This document shows, in pieces, positions 10,500 to 22,800 of a DNA stretch of 64,000 nucleotides. This DNA comes from Tubulanus polymorphus (Eukaryota > Animalia > Nemertea), in the NCBI RefSeq assembly GCF_964204645.1, contig NC_134036.1, positions 1,860,001 through 1,924,000 on the forward strand, written 5' to 3'. Position numbers and translations under genes: made by a program. Positions within the stretch are counted from its first letter, which is position 1. Every line of letters starts with the position of its first letter. Below the pieces are notes generated by a model, which saw only the letters and a program-made list of their open reading frames with translations, was not told the origin of the DNA and did not search any database.

Positions 10500-13259
10500 A
10501 TGGACATCAATCGAACATTCGTAAGTATCTGACGAAACCAATCTCTCGAATTTACGTTTTGTTATGATTCTAGATTTATATTATTTTTGAAAAAAGTGGG
10601 CGTGACAAAAAAGATCCAAAATTTGAGAAAATACGGAGTACCACCATGCATCGACATAATACAACATTCAAATATTATAATACTCTATTGAGAATTCGGA
10701 ACGTCGTGTATATTTTCTAAAATGTTTATTTCATACAATGTTGTTGTTGTTGTTTTGTAGCCTTTGCCTCATACGGAGGAAATCAAATGTCTTCACGAAA
10801 GTAAAGGTTTGATGGTTTTCATCGAAGGCGAAGTACCGGAACACACAACCGACGGGTAAGCATTGCTCGATGGCAGAAATTTGTCATCAGCTAATCCTCT
10901 TCTATACTACCAGTGGTTTTTGACATTTTTCTAAACTCGATATTTTAAACTCAAAAACCAAAAGCTTTCAATCAAAAACAATTTCATATTTTTTTCTTTT
11001 TATGTAAAAATGCTGATGAGCATATTTTATAAACAATGATATTGATAAAGATCTTTTTAACACAATTTCTTTTAAATCAAAACTGAAAAACCAAATTTGT
11101 TATGTTTTGTTTTTCTGTGTAAAGTCAACTAGCACATTTTATATAGATTATAGGTTTGTTGAATAATGAAGAAGATTATGATTATTTTGTTTGTATTTTT
11201 GATAGTTTTTCGTTCAACTTCATGGCCGGTCCGACGTGCGACGGTTCGGCTAGAATACATTTCCACATGACGACCCGTAACGGAGAAGTGATCCGTAATA
11301 CCCACGAGCCCGGAAGTGGTTGGATGACCGAAGAGAACGAGGGGGAAATGCCGTTTCATCCCGGACAGAAATTCAACTTGCTCATCAAACTCAAACAAGC
11401 TATGATTAAGGTATAAGAGTTGATTTCGTCGCCATAGCGGCCATTTTGAACTTTAAAAAATGATTCTGCATCTTGTCAAAGCGGCGTTGATCTTGATTGA
11501 TGACATAATAGCCTTCACTGGTTCATAACAGATTTAGAAGCCATTGAGCACCAGTCTAATCGATTTATAGTCGCTTTGCGGCCATTTTGAACTTACGAAA
11601 AAAATCAACACCGCTGATTCTACATATTGTCCAACGAATTATGGCAGAATAGCATTCGCTGGTTCAAGGAAGTTTTGGTTACATTTTGAATTCAGTCGAT
11701 GTGGTCGCCATTGCGGCCATTTTTACTGTAATTTTATATATATCATCATCATTTATTCAATTAGGTTTTCGTCAACGGAAGTGTGTTTTGTCAGTACGAA
11801 CACAAATTGCCCATGGATGAGATCGACCATTTCCACATGTACGGCGACTACCACATTACCAATATCTACCAGGCTATGACTGGAAAGGTGCATCCGGTAA
11901 GTCTCGAGTCGTTGATCTTAGAATATGGAGGGTCGTTCCTCTTATTTATTTGATAGGATAGGTTTTATTTGATTTGTATCGGTTACAAACCCACCACACC
12001 TACCGGGAACGAATTTTGGGATTTGACTTTGAAATCGGAAATCGAAATACAAATAGGGGCTGTCGGTTATGTCAGAGTTAGTTGTGGCTCAGGCCTAAAT
12101 ACATTTGAGTTCATTTCATTAATCTTCAAATTTCTGCGAGGTTTAGTGCAATTTGCATAAATGAATAATTTATTCATTCATATTTGAATAATTAATCAAT
12201 TATCTATTGTAGTCGATCCCGCTGAGGAAGGACATCGCCCATTGCATGCATCGTCCGCACTTGGATTTCTGGATTCGAGGAACTCCGCGCGACGATTGCA
12301 AACGGTTCAACATCAACCTGAAAAACCAGGACGAAGTCTGGGTTTTCCACTGCGACGCGAGGGTTGACGTGGATGAATATCAGAATATAATGTTGGCGAA
12401 CACGTGCGACAAGGGCGGACACTGGCACGATGAGATTCGACCGGGAGATTTCCCGTTCGCACCCGGGCGACGTTTCGACCTTTATTTAGCTGCCGATCAA
12501 GAAGGAGGATATGAGGTATGGTTCTTTTAATTTCAAACTGGGGTAAAAGTTGAGGTGACAATCATCGAACATTCGATATAGCCTACTGATCGTCCACACT
12601 TCACATGTGTTCAGTGCTTCACCTGAGACATTTATAATTGGAAATGAACTACAAACACCAGATATTAGACATTTTATCAGCACACTTTCAAAAACTGATC
12701 GTCCACACTTCACATGTGTTCACTGCTTCACCTGAGACATTTCTAATTGAAAATGAACTACAAACACCAGATATTAGACATTTTATCAGCACACTTTCAA
12801 AAACTGATCGTCCACACTTCACATGTGTTCACTGCTTCACCTGAGACATTTCTAATTGAAAATGAACTACAAACACCAGATATTAGACATTTTATCAGCA
12901 CACTTTCAAAAACTGATCGTCCACACTTCACATGTGTTCACTGCTTCACCTGAGACATTTCTAATTGAAAATGAACTACAAACACCAGATATTAGACATT
13001 TTATCAGCACAATTTCAAAAACTGATCGTCCTTGCTTTGATGACCTTGTTCCATGCGGTAGATTATTGAAGACACCCTGTAGCCATTGTTATTGAAAACT
13101 ACGTACATTTTAATCATATATATTGTGTGTTCTGTCTATTTTCAGGTTTACGTAAATGGAGTCCACATCATGAACTACCCAAATCGTATACCGTTACCGA
13201 CTGTTGATAACCTCACTATCGAAGGAGACGTCGAAATTGAACACTATTTCATCCAATAA
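10500..13259 (+). CDS. Tandem-repeat (two-CRD) galectin, about 289 aa
   Basis: Exons 10500-10520, 10761-10855, 11206-11410, 11765-11896, 12213-12515, 13146-13259 (870 nt, phases compatible). CRD1: FSFNF..HFHMTTR..VIRNT..GWMTEE..MPFHPGQKF..KVFVNG..YEHKLP..GD. CRD2: RFNINL..FHCDAR..ANT..WHDEIR..FPFAPGRRF..VYVNG..YPNRIP..LTIEGDV. No signal peptide. Confidence 0.9.
12585..13031. repeat. 109-bp minisatellite x4 in galectin intron 5
   Basis: ACTGATCGTCCACACTTCACATGTG...CACCAGATATTAGACATTTTATCAGCACACTTTCAAA, near-identical copies. The reverse-complement array is at 47970-48270. Confidence 0.95.
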
Positions 13260-13581
13260 ATTCAGATAGAACTGACATCTCGATTCTTTTGTTGATATTT
13301 ATTGATAGATCTTGAGAATATCAAACGGACACTTCCCCAGAACCCAACAATCTTTACGTGGAGGCTAAAATGAGATTCTTGGACTGGTCGATAAAATCCA
13401 TTATATTCAAACCTAAAACTGTTTCTAATGGAAACGTTTTTTTAAGAAAGCTTTTACGTATTTTAGTTGAGACTTTTGCTTTTGAAAAAGTAATTTTGGC
13501 CACTAATAGTTGTCATTGTTTATCAAAATTCCATATTGCTAATGGATGTTATTCTGACTTACGCCCAAAACATCGCGAACA

Positions 13582-14625
13582 ATGACATTCACTACGACGA
13601 CTGGCGCCGATAACTCAACACGGGAACTCCAGCAGTTATCTTACGGACGACCATTTATTGCCGATATCTTACTGAATTCAATCGTCAGATCGTATGGTCA
13701 TTCGAGAATCGTACTGCTATCGTTTCTACCGTTGGTTTTTATCGTCGGTGCGTTCGGTAACGTGGCCAGCGTGCTGGTGATGTCCAGTCACAAGTTCAGA
13801 CGTTATTCGTACGCCAACTACGCCATTGCGTTGTCCGTAAGCGATTTAATGATGTGCTCGTCCTTCGCCGGGTTCCCGTTGTTACAATACGTGCTGGTTA
13901 AACTGAACAATCTCGACGGAATCAGATTCAGAAACGCGATCGAATGCACGCTGTACGATACTGTATTCTTGTTGTTCGCCTACTGCAGTACGTGGCTTGT
14001 CGTGGCCGTTTCGGTCGAGCGCCTTGCCGTCGTGGTTTTCCCGTTTACGGCGCCGCTTCTCTGCACCCCGCGTTTTTCGCGCGTCGTCATAATTTGTATA
14101 TTTCTCGTAAACGTCGTCATCTGTTTGGCTACGAATATCGACGGTTTCCAACACAGCGAAGTTAAAGGTTGCTACACGATTATACAAAGCCAACAGACAA
14201 CGACCGATTCATCGGCGAAATTTCTAGTAATCTACATGTCATTGCTGCCATTTTCAATCATCGCCACCTCGAATACGATCATTGTTTTCGTGCTAAACTT
14301 CAACAGTCGACAACTGGAAGGAAAGACCAGAAACGAAGTCAAATCCGCCAGAGCCGTTCAAACTACGAAAATGTTACTGGCCGTATCCGTCGTATTTCTA
14401 GTAACGATGGTCCCCCATAATATCCTAGTCGTTTGGGCAACGTTGCCGGCGGAAAATGCCGATTTGATCGTCAACATTTTCGGCATGTTTCGCTGTTGTA
14501 ATTATGCCGTCAATTTTTTCATCTATATACTAGTAGGAAAAGACGTCCGGTCCTACGTCCGATTAAAGGTATCGGTTGCGTTCCATTGTACCGACGAGAA
14601 TAAGAATTTATACAACAGAAATTAA
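13582..14625 (+). CDS. Intronless class A GPCR, FMRFamide-receptor-like / peptide-receptor-like, 347 aa
   Basis: Seven hydrophobic segments; GN in TM1; ALSVSD in TM2; C at the start of TM3; SVERLAVVVFP (DRY variant); LP in TM5; TTKMLLAVSVVFLVTMVP in TM6; NYAVNFFIY (NPxxY variant); N-glycosylation site NST near the N-terminus. Confidence 0.9.
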   Translation: MTFTTTTGADNSTRELQQLSYGRPFIADILLNSIVRSYGHSRIVLLSFLPLVFIVGAFGNVASVLVMSSHKFRRYSYANYAIALSVSDLMMCSSFAGFPLLQYVLVKLNNLDGIRFRNAIECTLYDTVFLLFAYCSTWLVVAVSVERLAVVVFPFTAPLLCTPRFSRVVIICIFLVNVVICLATNIDGFQHSEVKGCYTIIQSQQTTTDSSAKFLVIYMSLLPFSIIATSNTIIVFVLNFNSRQLEGKTRNEVKSARAVQTTKMLLAVSVVFLVTMVPHNILVVWATLPAENADLIVNIFGMFRCCNYAVNFFIYILVGKDVRSYVRLKVSVAFHCTDENKNLYNRN

Positions 14626-16009
14626 ACATAGCTTAAATGTAGGCTTTAATTCGTATTTATTTACGTTTACAGGCCTTAGAAAAAAAAATCTATAACAGAA
14701 ATTAAACATAGCTTAAATGTGGGCTTCAACTCGTCTTAAATGATTTCTAGGCCTGCGGCGGAACGCTGCTTTATTTGTCGGTCAGATGGTCGTCACGGTC
14801 AATTTTTATGAAATCCTGTCTATGATGTCGGATGTCTAATTCCTTACGATGATCATCCCCGACCCCGTGGTTTTATTAAAGAAAAACCGTGCACACTTTG
14901 GTGTTGGACTGATTGTCAGAGACCGCAGCGGCGCAGAATGCTCATTCAAAAAAACGCGTTTAAATTCGGCTGTGAATTCTTTCATTAAAAATCCGCGAAT
15001 TATAAATCAGAAACACAAACGCTTCCTTCCTCAAACACGAGATCAATAAACACTACCAGCAGGATGATGTGAAACAGCTTAATCACAAAATAGCGGGCCC
15101 AGAGACAAGATTGACTCTGAGTTAACTCATCGAAAATGAACTAACTTTAACTCTACTCACGACTGTAGAACTGGGTCCTTAAATTTCAATAAATAGGTCC
15201 TCAATCTTCACGGTCAGAACGCAATGAAATGTTGGACAGATATTTTCAATTTCTTTGAAGCTTTCAGAGCCGGTGTCCGGTCTCTGTGGCGCCGTAGACA
15301 TATAGTTGACAGAGTGTAGTCAATCTTAAGAATCAGCAGAACATGGCGTCACAAGCTAGCTCCGTTGGAGAGAGTTCAGAGTAGCTAATTAACTTTAAAA
15401 AAAAGAATTTTAAAACAATCATATTTATTCTTATACAACAATTATACAAAATGCCAGGTCTGGGCTCGAGGAATTATAATGTAAGTTCCTCAAACACGTG
15501 GACTGTATTTCAAAGACAATCCAGCCATGGGCGTATAAACTAAAAACTAGAGTTTATACATCCATGGTCCAACCATAGACTCTAAAACAGAAACGTCTAT
15601 ATGGGCCACAACTATGGACTCTCGAATCCATGGCTCCCCGCACTAAAACCAGAGATAAACCTGGCCAAATACTCTGGAAAGCGTAAGATTTAATGAATCA
15701 ATCTGATTTACATTTTTACTCTTAAAAGTTGACCTGGTTGGCTGCCTATCTACCTTAGGCCTTACATGACTTTCTTTCAAATCATGATCAAGCTAACAAT
15801 AACAGACCCGGCAGCTAGAAATGAACTGATAACAAATTCTATTGATTTATGAAATTACCCGACCGATCAGGAAAAACAAGGTATCATATTTAGCCTTATG
15901 ATCACTCAGACTATCCAAAATATAAAATTACTAGCTTTTGATATCACTTAGCCTATGCTACTACATCATGCATGACGACGCCTCACTTTCACCATTTACC
16001 GACAGGGTG

Positions 16010-16826
16010 TGCCGGGTGACGTCAGTAACTGACATACCTGTAAGATTGCTTGTGACAAAAATAGAGTAGCGCAACTGGATTGTCCGCACTAGCACTCAAA
16101 GGAAGACAAGACTTATCCCTGCCCGAAGCAGCCCACAGCTAGGAATCGATGAATACTAACACTCAATGGAAGACAGGAAAGGCTTATCACGTGACCATTT
16201 GAGCCGTTGCAGTTGCTAGTAATCGCAACCGACATAAGCAGGGAAGCAACTGGGAGGATCTCATATCCCGCTAGTCGGCCTCAGTTGCTGCGAATCGAAG
16301 CGCAGTCGACATATGCTGGGCTGCGATCGCGGTTCGGAGTTAGGAGTCGGTAGGCGTCGCGATGCTTGTCGACAGCCAGCCTTAACGATAGGAGCGCGTA
16401 CCAGGACGCACGTGGTTATGTTATTATTTATATATGACGTCAACGACAAACTCGTCTTGGAACTAATGACGACCAACAGGCCTATACCACCGAGCAGGAG
16501 AGGAATCAGTGAATTTTTTGATCTTGAAATAGGGATTGGCCCTTTTATCTATTTGATTGGTAGATGTCATTTGTCTACTGCGTTTCTCTTGATTTCATCG
16601 CTGTGCTTTTCCGTAGAAATAAATATTGATTTGAATTCGTCTCTGGTGGAAAACATCGAGCCATCTAGTGGGCGGAACTAGAAAAACAAAGATGGCGACA
16701 GCAACCCGGAAGTAAATAAATAATTTGATTGTGACAGAATAAATCTCTCGACAAGTCAGTGAATTGTAGAGTTTTAGAGCTGATATTCGGAGGAATGGTA
16801 GCGATCGCCTGAATCCAACAGATACC
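16010..16826 (+). promoter_or_regulatory. Myosin V promoter region
   Basis: CpG-rich; CRE TGACGTCA at 16017-16024 and 16435-16442; TCACGTGAC at 16187-16195; GC box GGGCGG near 16670; YY1 AAGATGGCG at 16689-16697; ETS CCGGAAGT at 16706-16713. Confidence 0.6.
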
Positions 16827-19800
16827 ATGTCAACTACGGAATTATATACACAGGTTCGTTAGTACTTCAACCACTCAATTATGCGTCAATTCGAATTCAA
16901 CAAGCAAATCTATTCTCAATTCCCCAAAAACTCACCCCCTTTTCCAGTCCTGATGACTCACCCTATCCGATTAAGGGTTGGCCTACATTCCCCTATGAAA
17001 CTATGTTCACTAAATGACCAGTTTAGGTCAGAGGGTAAGGAAACAACACAGGTTGGTTTTAAGTTAATTAGGGTTGTCATCAATTCTGGACACTCAATTC
17101 CCCAAAACTCACCCCCCCCCCCTTTTCCTTCAGTCCTGATGACTCACCACCTCCCTATCCGATTAAGGGTAGGCCTACATTCCATGTCTTCAAAAAATGG
17201 TCACTCAATCATGAGTGTAGGCCCTAGTCAGTAACCTGTCTGTGGTTTAGTTTCACAGTCGGATATTTTCACAAACCACAAACCTTGGTATAAGCCCATC
17301 CGATTATAAAAAGCTTACCACCAATGAATAGGTAACTTACTATCATGAGATAGGCCAGAGGGTAAGCAAACCTTGTTGGTCTGCTTTAGAAGGTGGTCTG
17401 GGTTTTAGGGTAAAAATGGTTTGTTGGACTAGAGGCCTACTTGGCCCTAGGGTAGGCCACCAGGCTCATTGTAGTTTGGACAGGGACTGAATTAATGTAG
17501 TTACTATATTTCAGGGGGCGCGTGTCTGGGTGCCTGACCCGGAACTGGTTTGGAGAGGCGGAATATTATCAGAGAATTTCAACAGTGGTGACAAATCTCT
17601 GAAAGTTCATTATGAAGACAATCCGACTGAGGTCAGTATCCGAGATATCGAGAAATAGCTTTAAAACTCTCGAAATATTTATCAATATTGAAATATCATG
17701 ATATGGGAATATTCTGTATATGTTGTATGCTGATTTAGAAATCTCAAAAATATGAAATGTCTTTAATACTGCTAAGAAATCTCGAAATATTGTTTAAAAG
17801 TCGATAATGCGAATATTTTGAAATTGTGTCGGTTTTTGTTGCCGTAGGAGACGAGTATTGTGGTGAAAGACATGAAGCAGGATTTACCACCGCTGCGGAA
17901 CCCGGAGATTCTAATCGGTGAAAATGATTTGACGTCTTTGAGCTATCTGCACGAGCCAGCCGTGCTTTATAACCTACACGTGAGATTCTGTGAACGCAAC
18001 GCCATCTATACTTACTGCGGTGAGTTACGCACGCACACATTAATTTCTGTATTGCAAAAGAAAGAGAAATTTAGTTCCTTTAATCACCTTCGCCCATACC
18101 GCTGATGAGGCCTTGAAAGTTCCATGAAGTTAGCAGGGTGGCCACTTAACCTGGAAAACCTTCCTGGGGAAAACTTCAGTGATTTGTAAATGGGCGGACA
18201 GTGGCCACACTGGGTAGGTATCTAACACAGATCTCCTGCCTAGGTGTTTTTGGGCATCTCCTAAGTTGTATCTGGGCCCAGGCAGTCCTAGTCATTGTAT
18301 CAGTTTTATCCCAAATCAGACAGGTTCCATGCTTGTCTAAATTGCTTTTTGCCATCTCCAAGTTAATCCAGTAAACAAACTACAACCAAACCAAGAATCT
18401 ATTATGAAACCAATCGATGAAAGTTTGAATTGTTTGATGTATTTGTTCTAGGTATAGTATTAGTAGCTATAAACCCGTATGAACAACTGCCTATCTATGG
18501 ACCGGAGATTATACAAGCATACAGCGGTCAGGATATGGGCTCCATGGATCCACATATTTTTGCCGTCGCTGAAGAAGCATTTAAATTCATGTCACGGTAA
18601 GCTTTACTGGGGGCTAGTTTTACAGAGGTCACTGGGGCTAATTTTACAGAGGTCACTGGGGCTAGTTTTAAAAAGGTTACTGGGGCAATTTTTTTACAGA
18701 GGTCCAAAACTGGTCTTGAATTTTATCGCTTGTCTTAAGTTGTAAGGTTGAATTTAGAACCAAAATGAGCTTAGATTTAGTCTTTAAGAATTTGATCCAA
18801 AATCTAGATCAATGAATGACCATCGTTTAAGAAAGATTTATCGGAATTCGTATGATTTTTGTCAGAACTGATTATTTGTTGTTTTCTCTCTTTTTCTCGA
18901 CAGTTTCGATCAGAATCAATCGATTATCGTAAGCGGTGAATCCGGCGCCGGGAAAACCGTTTCAGCTAAATACGCGATGCGTTACTTCGCGACGGTCGGC
19001 GGCAACGAGGCTGAGACGCAAATAGAGAAGAAAGTTCTCGCATCGAATCCGATCATGGAGGTAAATAGAGTTGATGGAGCTGGTTTGGAGGAGGGACTCA
19101 GGGAAAACAGTTGAGGAGGGGCCCGGCAAGAAGGGACTCCAGAAAATAGTTGAGAAAAGAGCTTTGGGGACGGACTCCTGATTCATTGGTTTATATTACC
19201 ATCTGTGACCTAATTTTCAAACAAAATTTCTAGTTGTCAAGTTGATGATGTCATAGGGGGACTTACAGAGGCAGTCATGTTTTGTAGAATATATTGTAGC
19301 CATCCTGTTTAATGGATGTACAATTGTGCTTTCGGTTCCTGAGTCAGGTATTCTGTGTTCAGTTCATATAAGACCGCAATTCATGAACTAGATGTATTCT
19401 GTAGTAATGCCACCTGGTGTTGTATGCAGTATTGTTTATTTTTTTCGGCAGGCGATCGGAAACGCTAAAACTACGCGGAACGACAACAGCAGTCGATTCG
19501 GTAAATACATCGAAATCAGTTTCAGTCCGAGTTGTACAATTGTAGGAGCGAATATGAGAACATATCTACTCGAAAAATCCCGGTAAGACAACGCCCCTCT
19601 AGACCCCTGTTCCTCCCTCTCCTTTACTATCTACTCGAAAACTCCTGGTAAGACAACACTCCTCCAAGTGTGACCCCTGTTCCTCCCCCTCCTTTACTAG
19701 CTACTGGAAAAATCTCGGTAAGATCCCCCACAATTCTTGCCCCTCTGTCCCCTCTCAAACCTGACCTCTGTTCCTCATCCATTCCTCCCCCTCATTCACT

Positions 19801-22800
19801 TTCGACTAGAAAAAAGTCCCATTAAAATACCCCAGAAATTACTCCAATTTAGAAATTGTTTAATTACCGAGGTGAAATGTTCCTTGATCCGAAAATGGAC
19901 GCTATACTATGTACAAAATGTTGTATGGACTCTGGGGCCATTTCCATTGTAATGGCTTAGACTTAAGACCGGTGTAAGGCCATCTTTGCTTTGTTTCATA
20001 GTCTATCTCATTACCTAAGACCAGTGTTGAGATTTAAAGCTAAGTCTCAAGTACGGAACAGAAGTTTCAATCGCCTGCTCCATGAGTTCGAGATTTACTT
20101 ATCTGTAATTGTTGTTGTTATTTTCTAGGGTTGTCTTCCAAGCTCCCGAAGAACGTAACTATCACATATTCTATCAATTGTGCGCCTCATCAGAGCTTCC
20201 AGAATTCGAATCCTTTAGACTCAGTAAGTAATTTTAGAAAAATCGGATCCAGTTTTAATACAGTTTTGCGCGAGTCTGATTTTATCCTTTATAGAAGTAT
20301 TCCAAGGTAGAATACTGTGCGAGATTATCCTCGCACAAGACACCCTAATTATTGCCTCTCTCCGTCTAAGAGCAATTTGCGATACCTGGCCCGAGTGCTG
20401 AGAATCTCTGAGAGTATCTTTGAGAATCTCTGAACGCTTTGGATTTGGAGATTTGGAAAAAAATGATGATCTGAAAACTGTATTTAAACATGTGCTTTTC
20501 CGTAAAATTATATACTGTGGATACAATTTTCACCAACCTGCTGGATCCAGTTCCACAGTTGTGAGTTAGAGTTAACTCTGAGTTAAAGTTAGTTCATTTT
20601 CGATGAGTTAACTCAAGAGTCAAATCTTAACTCAGAACTGTGGAACTGGATCCTGATGAACATCTTTAACTGAGACAGGTCCTATACAAATTTACAGATT
20701 ACTTAGACCTCCCTTTTGTAAAACCATGTTGACCGTTGAACAGGATTCTCTTCATTTTCAATAGCGTTGTTCGGTTGCATCAGCATACACGCGATCGTGG
20801 TCAACACAGTATCCAGACAAGATCAAGAATACGAATAAGCCTGCGCAGAAAACCCGTTATCGCTGCTTTGCAGCTATATTTGTTATTATTGTTATTATGA
20901 TTATTATGATTGATTGATTGTAGGTCATCAGGATGATTTTCTGTATACGTGTCAAGGTGACAATCCGTCTATTCCGGGGGTCGACGACGCCGAAGAGTTG
21001 GAAAATACTCGTGAGGCGTTCGCGCTACTCGGAATCAGTCCACAAAAACAGTTCATCATATTTCAAATATTGGCGGCCATTTTGCATTTCGGTAACGTGC
21101 AAATAAAAGAGGACGATCGTGAACGCGTTTTCATTCCGGTGAGTTCATGTTGCTGTGTTTAGGGGTGTCAGGTGGGTAAAGGTTAAGGGATTGGGGAAGG
21201 TATGGCGAGCTGGGGATAGTTTATTCGTTAGAAAAGGGGAGGTAGGGTTAGCTGTTCGAGAAAATTAGGGGATAGTTAATTCATTGAGAAGGGGAGGTAG
21301 GATTAGGTGTGATGAAATAAGTTGGGATAGTTTATTTGTTTGAGAAGGGGAGGTAGGATTAGCTGTTGTGTTTGGTAAAATGATGGTGATCTCTAAAAAT
21401 TGAATTTCTGGGTTGAATTTTCATCACAACTTTTCCTAGCTTGACTGAATTTTTATTTGCAACATTTCAGGCTTTTCTGACTCAAAATTTCTTGATGTTT
21501 CAATTTGTTTGTTATTTGTAGAAAAACGACAGTTCACTGTTGACGATGTGTGAACTACTCGGAGTTGAAGAGACGTCAATGAGAATGTGGATCTCAAACA
21601 GGAAAATAGCAACACAAACTGAGACGCTTACAAAGCCATTGAATCTAGCCGAGGTAATATTGTCTCCCTCCCTCCATCCTCCCTCTCACTCCCTCTCCCT
21701 CCCTCCATCCTGCCTCTCACTCCCTCTCCCTCCCTCCATCCTGCCTCTCACTCCCCTATCACTGTCCTCTTACAAAACCATTAAATCTATCTGAGATAAA
21801 ATTCACTCTCTCCTCCTTCTCCTCTATCCTCCTCACTCCCCTCTCGCAAAACCTGCGAATCTGAGGTAACTGACTCTCCGTCCCTCCACTCTCCATCTTG
21901 CTCCTTTTACAGACCTGTCTGTGACTCCTATTCATTTGAAGACCTCAACTACTCCCAAAATAAAATGAAATACTACATTGAAAATGAAATACTACATTTT
22001 GTATCGAATTACTCTAAATTTTGGTGAAAACTACTACAAAGATTTCAGGTTTAGTCCGGTCTAGTTTTCTCCCCCATCTCCCTCTCATTTTCTCTCTCCC
22101 CATGTCCTCATTCTCTCCTCTCTCTCTCTTCCCCATCTCTCTCTCCATCTCCCCCCTGTGATAGGTATTTTGCTCATTAATTGTCTGATTATTTTGTAGA
22201 CTATAAATTCACGCGATGCTTTAGCTAAACATATATACGCTCGAGTCTTCAACTGGATCGTCGCTCAGATCAATAAATCACTAAGAAGTTCCGTTAAATC
22301 GGAAAAATTCATAGGAGTTCTCGATATTTACGGGTAAGTGTTCAAATAATAGTATCATCGCGGAATCAATATAAGTGACGTTGTTGAGGAGACGCCTCCC
22401 CAGGTTAGTAAGAAAAGAACATAGACTCGTTCAGAAAGCAACTGTAAAGGCCTCTCTGAGAATGCAAGGTTTCTCCCTGGGAAGAAAATGATCTCCTGGG
22501 AAAGAAAGGTCTCAATTTTAGTGAGGTTAATGAGGAGGTGTCTCCCAGGTTAGTAAGGTGTCTCCCTTGGAAAGAAAGAGCTCCTCAAGGACAGAAAGGT
22601 CTCCTCAAGGAAAGACAGGTCTCCCTGGGAAAGAAATATCTCTTCCTGAGATAGGTCTAGGGCTCCTCAAGGAAAGAAAGGTCTCCCTGTGAAAGGTCTG
22701 TTCCTGGAAAAGAAAAGGTCTCTTCGAGGAAATACAGGTCTCCTGAAGGAATGAAAGGTCTCAAGGAAAGAAAGATCTCTTCCTGGGAAAGAAAGGTCTC

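Noticed and set aside
12638-13095. Three near-identical 68-79 aa ORFs
   Set aside because: Artefacts of the 109-bp satellite.
18095-18142. CTGATGA...GAAA hammerhead-like core
   Set aside because: Stems I, II and III cannot be formed convincingly.
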